Assembly (NCBI RefSeq): GCF_006345805.1
Contig: NC_042997.1
Span: 126,914,001-126,978,000 of the forward strand
Source: Octopus sinensis
Lineage: Eukaryota
Reading direction: 5' to 3'
DNA length: 64,000 nucleotides
Below, piece by piece: positions 53,620-64,000 of this stretch; position 1 is the first letter of the stretch, and every line of letters begins with the position of its first letter. Both the position numbers and the translations under genes were made by a program. The notes beneath the pieces are model-generated. The model was not told the DNA's origin. It saw only the letters and a list, made by a program, of their open reading frames with translations, and made no database searches.

Positions 53620-54659
53620 ACTTAGGAGTAAAAGGGGATGCACCCTTGACTTTAACTGGGTGGGTAATTCTCCAAAGCCGAGGCTCTGTTTTGGAAAGAG
53701 AGTAGTTAGAAAAGAAATTGCGAGGGCTGATTGAATGAGACAGTATAGATGTAAAGAGGAAGAAAAGTGAATGCTTAGGAAGGTAAGGGTGGATGAGAAA
53801 TGTAACGAGCTAGTTCAGAAAAGTAGGGTCACGGTAGCAGCAATAAGATGCTCAGAGCGGGGAGAAGGTGCACCTGTGGGTTAAAGATGAAGTATATTGC
53901 TGCGTCAATTTTTACCATTTCCACTGTTTTCTTTTGGGTGCAGTCTACGATGTCAATATATGTAGCAGCAACAGCACAGTTTCAGATGTGAGAGAATAGG
54001 GTTCGTACTCGAGCGCTGAGGTTCTCACTATTCGAAACTCAACCTAAAGTATTTTTGTGCATATTTTTGATAAACAAATTTTTACTGCGTTATGTGTATA
54101 TCAACCAAAAGGTTCATCTTTGAATGTTTTAGTGTAGCCTAGGGCAAAAGAAAGTGAGACACAAGATTTTTTGTTGATATACATATATAATAATCCTTTC
54201 TACTAAAGGCACAATGCCTGAAGTTTTTTCGGCAGGGGACTATTCGATTACATCGACGCTAGTGTGTCACTGGTACTTAATTTATCAATCCCCATAAGGA
54301 TGAAAGGCAAAGTCGACCTCGGCGGAATTTGAACTCAGAACGTGACGACAGACGAAATACTAATTTCTTTACTGCCCAGATGGGGCTACACACAGAGGGG
54401 GCAAACAAGGACAGACAAACGGATTAAGTCGATTATATCGACACCAGTACGTAACTGGTACTTAATTTATCGACCCCGAAAGGGTGAAAGCAAAGTCGAC
54501 CTCGGCGGAATTTGAACTCAGAACGTAACGGCAGACGAAATACGGCTACGCATTTCGCCCGGCATGCTAACGTTTCTGCCAGCTCGCCGCCTTTACATAT
54601 ATAATAATAATAATAATAATAAATAAAAATAATATAATAATAATAATAATAATAATAAT

Positions 54660-54738
<79 letters not shown>

Positions 54739-55350
54739 AATAATAATAATAATATCGGTAGTTTTATTTTGTGCAGTTGGTGACAGAATTGGTACATCCG
54801 TACTTTCGAATGCTTTCGAGGTATCTCTTTATGGTGGAAATGAAGGTTTGACGCGATATCTTGGCTGCTTGTTGTTTGCAGCAGTGGCTGCAAGGTTATA
54901 AAAGAGAGAAGAGTGGTGTCGTATATACTGAGATGAGCTTTGTTAGAGATGATAACAAGTAAATCACTAATGCACAGGGAAAAGACAGTCGGGGATATAT
55001 AAGTAACCTTAGTGTACAGCAAAATTGAAAACTTGTGATCGTACGAATTCACAAACAGTTTCTGATCATGAGATAAATGATGGCTGGGGCCAGTAGGCAA
55101 ACAGCGTATCCAGAAAATCCCAGTATCAGATATTGTCTAATGCTTTACTGATGTCAATTATATATGTAGGGCTGTTACATTGTATATGGATGTATGGTGG
55201 TTAGTCTCGATTAGATAGGAGTCTGATGATGGCGTAGCGAAAGTGGCATTTGAATTGGAAGTGAGAAAAACATCAACACTGTTAAGGGAGACTGTGTGTC
55301 GATATGCGTGGGCAAAGATATTAATTGTTGCAGAATAAAGCAAATTAAGG
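53620..55350 (-). pseudogene. Degraded CR1-type LINE RT, interrupted by a SINE and (TAA)n
   Basis: ISPTVFSLCISDLL..SNKAHLSIYDTTL (eroded SPTLFLLFINDLL...YADD) in ORF 54567-55100; LEY..SHI-like motif at about 54000. Confidence 0.6.
54195..54592 (-). mobile_element. Compound Meta-like SINE: head, unit, tail B, unit, tail A
   Basis: 15-bp TSD TACATATATAATAAT at 54180-54194 and 54594-54608; internal restart at GTATTTCGTC (54351-54360). Confidence 0.85.
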
Positions 55351-55762
55351 CGGCGCGCTGGCAGAAACGTTAGCACGCCGGGCGAAATGCTCTGCAGGAT
55401 TTCGTCTGCCGTTACGTTCTGAGTTCAAATTCTGCCGAGGTCGACTTTGCCTTTCATCCTTTCGGGGTCGATAAATTAAGTACCAGTAACGCACTGGGGT
55501 CGATGTAATCGACTTAATCCGTTTGTCTGTCCTTGTTAGTCCCCTCTGTGTTTAACCCCTTGTGGGTAGTTAAGAAATAGGTATTTCGTCTGCCATTACG
55601 TTCTGAGTTCAAATTCCGCCGAGGTCGACTTTGCCTTTCATCCTTTCGGAGTCGATTAAATAAGTACCAGTTACGCACTGGGGTCGATGTAATCGACTTA
55701 ATCCGTTTGTCTATCCTTGTTTGTCCCCTCTGTGTTTAGCCCCTTGTGGGCAATAAAGAAAT
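55347..55762 (+). mobile_element. Compound Meta-like SINE: head, unit, tail B, unit, tail B
   Basis: 16-bp TSD CAGAATAAAGCAAATT at 55331-55346 and 55763-55778; restart at GTATTTCGTC (55581). Confidence 0.9.
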
Positions 55763-57470
55763 CAGAATAAAGCAAATTTTAATCAATAACAATTATAGAT
55801 AGAAATAGGTAGTTTTAGGGTTCTGTTTAAGCAAACAGGCCCTCAATACAATCTAAAGTAGCACATGTAAATGAAGAAATTATACAACAAACCAAATGTA
55901 CTTAAATTAGAAAATAAGGGAAAAGATGTTTAGAACAATCTGAAATTTACAGACCACGCGTTAATGTCAATAAAATTTTAATGTCCTATTGCAACTACGA
56001 AGTAGCTACTACATAAAGAAAACACGTAAAAGTGACAAAATTTCTCATGTTAGACTAAACAAGGTATCCACAAATTTACACCTACGTCTGTGATCTGCAA
56101 GACTGTTTGAATAGTATGCCAGCGAAAAGTTACCTTGAATTATTTTAGTATTTCGGTTCGCCTGATTATGAGTCATGTCTTATGTGGCCGCTTCTTGGAG
56201 AAGTTTGTCCATACTTGCTCTACGGAGTTACATGGCTTGTCCGACTTCAGAGCTCCTTAAAATTATTTTCTGAAGCATTGAAGCTGTTAGGATTCATTGG
56301 ATAATGTAGTTCAAGGTAAGCGATGCTCGTGAAAAACTGAAATGGTCATTGTCGAATGCTCAGTCTGACCTGGCTGAAGGCTTATCAATAACAACAAACA
56401 ATAAGAAAAAGCTTACAATAGTGAAAGGCATCTTAAGACAATAAGACGTTGCAGTCATTTAAATTAGATAATCAATGACCCACAGAATTATTGTCGAATA
56501 AAAGACAAAAGAAATAAAGAGACGGAAGACAATAGCAGTATTCGTTATAAGTCAAGAATATACAGCCAACATTATACTGCCTGTAAGAAGCAAGTGATTC
56601 GAGAGGTTTTGTAATAACAACTTCTGTGTATGCCCTGACTCCTACTACAAATCTTGTAGAAAGATAAAAGTCTTCTAATTACTTATTATTAGTTCAGGGA
56701 GTGCTAGGATATTTAATGTGTAACTAATGTTTTAGTCCACAACATTATGTATATTTAGCACTCACTGAACAACTGTGTGCTTCGTGCAGATAACGTCGCT
56801 AAGTACATTCCCTCGCTTCATAAATTATGTTCTGTTGTCACACCAAATTATTGTAGCTTTATGAAATGATTTGCAACCAGTGAGTAGATCTGGAAAGTAC
56901 TGGAAAGAATGAGGAGATGTAACAAGACCGAAGAATTTATTGAATTCCACCACAAGTTCCACTCCTTGTTGCAATGTGGTAGCTTGTGTGCCTCAGTGAC
57001 CCCGGGAGAGTTATGCCAGCGGAGCGCAAACTTGAAGGGCCTCCCATTCTAAACAATTCAAAGGATACAGGTCAGACAAATACAGACCAGCTCTTCCTAG
57101 ATATAAAAATGGGTCTGCGTAGGGCTAACAATCCTTTCCTAGAATAAGACAAAAGCAAAGTTAAAGAAACATCGATGATAGAGAACAGTGAAGGTAAGTC
57201 ATCGATGGATTGTACTTTATAGGGAGTGTATGACTTCAATAAAAAGTTCAAATGCACCGAATTATCGTCGTAATTGCCAAAGCTCAGATTAAATTCAAAT
57301 TAGCCCTCGAGTTTATGCGTTTGTAATGATAATTCTATTAGTTTCATTAATATTTTCAGAGTTTGTTACTCTTTTTCCTTCGCTTACGGTTCTTCCATTC
57401 ATCGATGCAAGAATAAAACTTGATCGATAAAATCTTTCATGCTACACGACATTAAAATTCTTAGTTCTTA

Positions 57471-57563
57471 CTCGCTCCGATTGCACTCGTTCCGATTGCA
57501 CTCGCTCCGATTGCACTCGCTCCGATTGCACTCGCTCAGTACTTGCACACGCTCGGTACTTGA
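57471..57563. repeat. 15-bp minisatellite CTCGCTCCGATTGCA (4 units plus 2 variants)
   Basis: Seen directly. Confidence 0.95.
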
Positions 57564-57590
57564 TCTCAGTCATTATACCCACTATATAAA

Positions 57591-57958
57591 GGCGGCGAGC
57601 TGGCAGAAACGTTAGCAGCGCCGGGCGAAATGCTTAGCGGTATTTCGTCTGCCGTTACGTTCTGAGTTCAAATTCCGCCGAGGTCGACTTTGCCTTTCAT
57701 CCTTTCGGGGTCAATTAAATAAGTACCAGTTACGCACTGGGGTCGATATAATCGACTTAATCTGTTTGTCTTTCCTTGTTTGTCCCCTCTGTGTTTAGCC
57801 CCTTGTAGGTAGTAAAGAAATAGGTATTTCGCCTGTCTTTACATTTTAAGTTCAAATTCCGCCGACGTCGACTTTGCCGATCATCCTTTCGGGGTCGATA
57901 AATTAAGTACCAGTTGCATACTGGGATCGATCTACTCGACCTCCCCCACCCCCCAAAT
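57591..57958 (+). mobile_element. Compound Meta-like SINE: head, unit, tail B, unit, truncated tail A
   Basis: Restart at GTATTTCG (57824). Confidence 0.85.
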
Positions 57959-58126
57959 TATATGTGTGTGTGTAATTTTTATGTTCTACTTGTTTCAGCC
58001 ATTAGACTGCGGCCCTAATGTGTTACAATTAAAAAACAATAATAAATAAGTATTGTGAATTTCTTTGATTAAGCTCTTCAAGGCAATGCCCCAACATGGC
58101 CACAGTTAAATGACTAAACTTTCTTT

Positions 58127-58168
<42 letters not shown>

Positions 58169-58621
58169 CACTTACAATGAAGAAAATTGTTATTAAAATA
58201 GCAAAAATTCTAAATAAAGTCGCTATTCAGACAGACATATGTCTCTTTTTAACTTGATATATTTCAAAAACAAGCTAAAAAATCATACACACACACATGC
58301 CCACACATATGCACGCACATACACACACACACATACAAACACGCGCACACACAAATAAACAAATACACACATATATACACAATCTCTCTTTATGTGTTTA
58401 CGCGTGCGCTTGTGTGTGAGTTATATGGTTAGATATTGGAAACAAACATTGTATCAGTAGATATTAAAATAAATTCTTAATAAACTTGCTCCAGGCATTA
58501 ATTAATATTTTGTACGTTTTATACTTAGTCATCAGCGAAGAGAAAAAAGAAAATTGTACGAACGTTGTACATTGTATTTAAAGTAGCTTGCTAAAGCTAC
58601 ATACATACATACATACATACA

Positions 58622-58654
<33 letters not shown>

Positions 58655-58698
58655 TTATATAGTTTATATGATCTTATATATTTATGTATATATACATG

Positions 58699-58739
<41 letters not shown>

Positions 58740-59844
58740 ATCTGAGTGTGTATGAAAACAGGAAATGTGATGTCTTAATTCTGTAGTCAGACGGAATGAA
58801 ATGGGCCGCAAATATAAACGATTGGATTGTACTTATGATTTCCCCTGTGGTAAATAATTGATGATGACTACCATATCAGAGTGCTCGACTTCCGTTAATG
58901 AGTTTGGTAAACAACATTCCAGTTATATCACGTAAAGCATACAGTGCTCTAGGTTTTAGGTATGCAAAAATGGTTTTTCGAGATTGTTCAATATTGCCAA
59001 AAGTGACCTGTAAGAACGGTTGTTCCTATATATATAAGAGCAACAAATACTAGCTGATGAAGCTTAACAAGGGAGAAACATATGCGTCCTACGATACAAT
59101 GCTGAAGAAAGGTTTAATCCTGAGACTGTGTCTACAACGAAAAGCTTTCTCACATCCCAGTACACTTGAGGATATTAAATAATATGATTGTATACGCATA
59201 TATTACATTCAGCGCTGCTTCGTCGGCCTCTGGTTATTTTGTTAATTTCCTGAGTCTTTATTCTTGTTTCCTCTCACTTTATCTTTCTCGTTTTTTCGCT
59301 ATTTCTACTCCATCTATTCCTTGCCTCTCCCTTTCCCCAGCTCTTTCCCCATCTCAACATTCCCAGCGTCCAGCTTCCGTTCTGATATTCCTTCCTTCTT
59401 TTGTCGCTGTGACTCACTTAGTGATAGCACGTATTCTTTCTTCTTTTCGCTATTCCTTTTCATTCGTCAAAAACTAACGTCTATATTTTTTTTTTAAACT
59501 ATCATCTTCCCCCTCTTTTCCTTCCTCTGTTTGTTTTATTTCGAACAATTTTATTTGTAAAAATCATGCAATTTTTATTTGTCTTAACCGCCAAGGTTTT
59601 TTGTTTTGTATATTTTTTGTGTTGTTTTTGCCATTGTTGCGTTTGTTTAACTATTTATGACCTCAGACGACCAAGCTGTTCTCATCTGTCTGAACAGTCA
59701 AGAATAGCTCAACCAGGGGCGAAACAATAAAAAGAAAGTCAACTTTTGATATGATAAACATATCTAAACATTTTATCAAGTGTTAATTCCTCATCAGTTA
59801 CATTTTGCACGACACAGAATATGTTTGTAATACCTGTTATGTTT

Positions 59845-60040
59845 TACTTGTTTCAGTTATTGAATTATTGAACAATGCCTATCGATTCGAAAGGTTTAAT
59901 CGAAGAAATCAATCCCAGTTCTTATTTTAATGTTTGGTACTTGTTCTATCCGTTTCACTTGTCGAACCACTAAGTTAATAACACGTAAACAACCCAACAC
60001 TGTTTGTCAAGCGGTGGTGGAGGACAAACACAAACACAAC
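59845..60040 (-). mobile_element. 3' segment of a CORE-type SINE
   Basis: Similar to 39240-39420. Confidence 0.55.
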
Positions 60041-60412
60041 AACACACACACACACACACGCACGCGCACGCACACGCACACGACACGCACACACACACAC
60101 ACACACACCACACACACACACAACACGAACATATATCCTTTACGTTTCCTGCAATATCAAAAATATGCATCTCACTTCTTACACAGATGCATGAAGAATC
60201 GATATATTTTCAGCCTAGAAACTAAGAAATGGATGTAAACTTCAACTTCTTGTGGTTCTCCCTTCTGTTTCTAACCTCACCTCCAACAGACAGGTAATTT
60301 TCATTAAGAACCTTCACATGCGCATAGGTTATTTCTTCTCTATTGAATTATTCTACATCAGCTAGTTTAATTATGATTGAACGTCACGCATCCTCTTCCA
60401 AATAAGTTTTAT

Positions 60413-60536
<124 letters not shown>

Positions 60537-60596
60537 ACATATATATATTATAAATATACATATATATATATATATATAACATATATATATATATAC

Positions 60597-60633
<37 letters not shown>

Positions 60634-60637
60634 ATAT

Positions 60638-61023
60638 ATTATATAAAAGGGCTTAGTAAAACAAATTACTTTGCCGCATACTGAACTCATTAGAAATAGC
60701 AGCTAAAAAACTTTTTAAGGCTATTTCTAATACTTAAAGAAAATCTCTCTCATATATAGTGTTTGCTTAATTCAACTCACAAAAGTTGTGAGTTGAATTA
60801 AGCAAACACTATATATGAGAGAGATTTTCTTTAAGTATTAGAAATAGCCTTAAAAAAGTTTTTTAGCTGCTATTTCTAATGAGTTCAGTATGCGGCAAAG
60901 TAATTTGTTTTACTAAGCCCTTTTATATAATGTAATAATTTGAATTCGCCTTGAATGGTCCCTTTGCATACTGAACACTTGTGAAATTGATTAATAATTA
61001 ATTAATTTTGCCCTCAATTGTTG
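60638..61023. repeat. Palindromic interspersed repeat, copy 2 (145/146-bp arms, 3-nt spacer, tail)
   Basis: 60638-60782 vs 60786-60931 differ only by one base in a homopolymer run. Confidence 0.95.
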
Positions 61024-61054
61024 ATATATATCTATAATATATATATATACACAC

Positions 61055-61085
<31 letters not shown>

Positions 61086-61096
61086 CACACACATAT

Positions 61097-61159
<63 letters not shown>

Positions 61160-61497
61160 CGAGTAAAACATGATTTCAATTTTTTTTTTTTTTCAGAAAA
61201 TCTCCATTTTGTAACAGCAGAAATCTTGCACTTTAAGCAAGAAATAAGATTGTACAATATTTTTTTAGTAAAACGTTTTCTTGAAAACTCAGCTTCTATA
61301 TGTTAAAAAGCACTTACGTTTTTTCGGTAAAACACTTTTTATGTGAAATATAACCATTGTATCTTTAAATTTATGTATGTTTATACATAATAAATTCTTA
61401 TATTCAATGTGGAAGACATAACATTCTAATTTGTAGGAAATTTAAACATAAAAATATTTAGCTTTTTCTCTCGCAGCAGCTTACTCATCGTTTTTCG

Positions 61498-61529
<32 letters not shown>

Positions 61530-62052
61530 TGTATGTATGTATGTATGTATGTATATATTTGCATGAGTATATGTATAATGTATATACATATATATTTATG
61601 TATATATTTATATGTATGTGTGTCTGATATATATACACACATATATGTATATATATATATATATATATATGTGTGTTGTGTGTGTGTGTGTGTGTATGTA
61701 TGTATAATTGTATGAAATAGCAGTAATTATAACTGTATAGAACATAGAGACTTGTTCATTCTCAAAATTTATTTTCTTTTATTTTTACAATTTTAGACCG
61801 CATATTTTTAAGGTCATTATGTCCTACACGTGTTTCTACTACACGAATTGCGGGCGTTTGCAGATACAACATGGAGCAATTTTCGGTACAGCTTCTTCAG
61901 GATCTGTCCACATAGCAAGGCATTTAGAGCGTGAATGACAACTATTAGTAGCAATAGATGTTAAATAGTAATCGATGCGCTTTCCATAACCTGGACCATA
62001 ACTGAGAGTCACTACGGTATCCGCTCAGATGATATATCCCTCCAAACTCACA

Positions 62053-62129
<77 letters not shown>

Positions 62130-62130
62130 A

Positions 62131-62190
<60 letters not shown>

Positions 62191-62411
62191 CGTGTGTGTG
62201 TGTTAAAGAGAGAGACAGAGAGAGAGGGAGAGAGACAGAGAGAGAGAAAGAGAGAAAGAGAGAGAGAGAGACAGACAGACAGGGAGAGAAAACTTAGTTC
62301 AATAAGAACAAGTTGAACTTTTTGGAGGGTTCAAAAAGTTAGATTTGTAATAAAGATTCTTCATATCAAAATAGTAATTTGCAAGTATTTAAAATATGAA
62401 AATAAGACAAT

Positions 62412-62946
62412 AATGTGTTATGAGAATTATAGGATAAAATCCTATGTAAACCCAAATAACAGTTAAGAAATGGAGAAGAGACGATGTTAAAACTTTTTAT
62501 AAATTTTTTATCCGTATGATCGTTTCGAACGATAGTACTGACATGTAAGAAAACATGGAAAAAAATTAAATTAATTATAATAATAATTAATAATAATTAA
62601 GTTAAATTAATTCAATTGGTATTACCAATCTCTTCAGAGGAAAAAATTAATAAAACATAAAAAAATGTATTAACAAAAGAATATTACAATAAGACTACAG
62701 AGAGTCTGTGTCGGTTAAAGTTGATCGGATATTCATAATAAGAATGTGAAATGGGAAAAGAGAGATGTAGGAACATGTTAATGTAGTGTTGAGTCTATCT
62801 GTGTAATTTAATTTTTTCCACGTTTTCTTACATTTCAGCATTATCATTCGAAACGATCGTATAAAAACTTTTAACATATCTTCTACATTTTTTAACTGTT
62901 AGTCGGGTTTAAATAGGATTTTATCCTATGATACTCATAACACATT
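62412..62946. mobile_element. MITE/foldback-like element with long diverged TIRs (about 160 bp)
   Basis: AATGTGTTATGAG...ATAGGATAAAATCCTAT...GATCGTTTCGAA...TGTAAGAAAAC recurs inverted at 62800-62946. Confidence 0.7.
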
Positions 62947-62964
62947 TTTAATTTTATATATATA

Positions 62965-63125
62965 TATAGGGAGAGTTTATGAAAAAACAAAAGACGAAGA
63001 CAGGTGGTGTACAAAACAAACAGATGTATTAGTATAACGTTCAGGAATAGAAAAAGTATTTTACATTTCGAGCATACGCACTGTAGAAAGGGACACAGAA
63101 AAAAACAAGGAGAGGAAAAAACACA
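62965..63125 (-). mobile_element. Degenerate Penelope-like 3' tail
   Basis: Reverse complement matches the 20725-20912 tail. Confidence 0.6.
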
Positions 63126-63173
63126 AAAATTCAGTTACAAGTAGATGTGAAAATTTCTTGCCATTGCTTGCGA

Positions 63174-63212
<39 letters not shown>

Positions 63213-63370
63213 TGGCCAACCAGCTAGTTTAAAACAAATCACTGCTGAACTGTGTCACCGAGTAGATTGCAGGCAGTGTCAAAAAATTTTGGCATCTACT
63301 TGTAACTGAATTTTTGTGATTTTGAATGGTTACAATGAGTCATGCACACTGTAATTGCTCTATGTTCGAA

Positions 63371-63431
<61 letters not shown>

Positions 63432-63654
63432 GTGTGTGTATACACACTTATATAGCAGCCATGTAACAAGTGCCTTTCTCAGACTATTCTTTTCCTTCTT
63501 AAAGGGTTTTTTCCGTTTTCTCTTTCGGAGGAAGAGCTATGCTGGAAACGTCACAACCCTCTCTTCTTTTCTATCTTAAACTTTCTCTGAGAGTCAATCT
63601 AATGCATTCACTCTGCCCTCCTGACATTTGTTGCTTCTTTTAATTCTTCATTTG

Positions 63655-64000
<346 letters not shown>

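Noticed and set aside
57013-57198. Frame MPAERKLEG...PFLE*DKSK...NSE ending at a GTAAGT donor
   Set aside because: It has an in-frame stop, no recognisable domain and no supporting acceptor.
57471-57563. Short direct repeats as a possible CRISPR array
   Set aside because: Units are contiguous with no unique spacers, the context is eukaryotic and there are no cas genes.
59040-59140. CTGATGA and CTGAAGA motifs as further hammerheads (similar ones at about 16590, 33778 and 48226)
   Set aside because: GAAA or stem pairing is missing, so they are too degenerate to call.

Overview
AT-rich eukaryotic DNA, dense in microsatellites and made almost entirely of transposon debris. The repeat mix resembles an Octopus (cephalopod) genome; this is an inference. 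I found no supportable host exon, rRNA, tRNA or CRISPR array, so the window is probably intergenic or intronic. Recognisable elements: mariner and maT-like DNA transposons, Tigger/pogo, a Helitron with its 3' end, Gypsy pol, an RTE LINE, CR1/Jockey-type RT remnants, Penelope (RT + GIY-YIG) elements, R4/Dong 3' ends and several tRNA-derived SINE families. The most interesting signals are: (1) a TSD-bounded 1.87-kb retroelement carrying only an L1/Tx1-type ORF1 (HAL1-like); it shares its 3' tail with a SINE subtype that repeatedly sits at one fixed site inside other copies of the same SINE family; (2) about ten minimal hammerhead-ribozyme-like motifs in Penelope tails, including a subfamily with a changed catalytic core and one candidate with a complete core; (3) a palindromic repeat whose two arms co-vary within each copy; (4) two short, near-identical inverted templated insertions copied from a few kb away, one with a possible circular-permutation junction.
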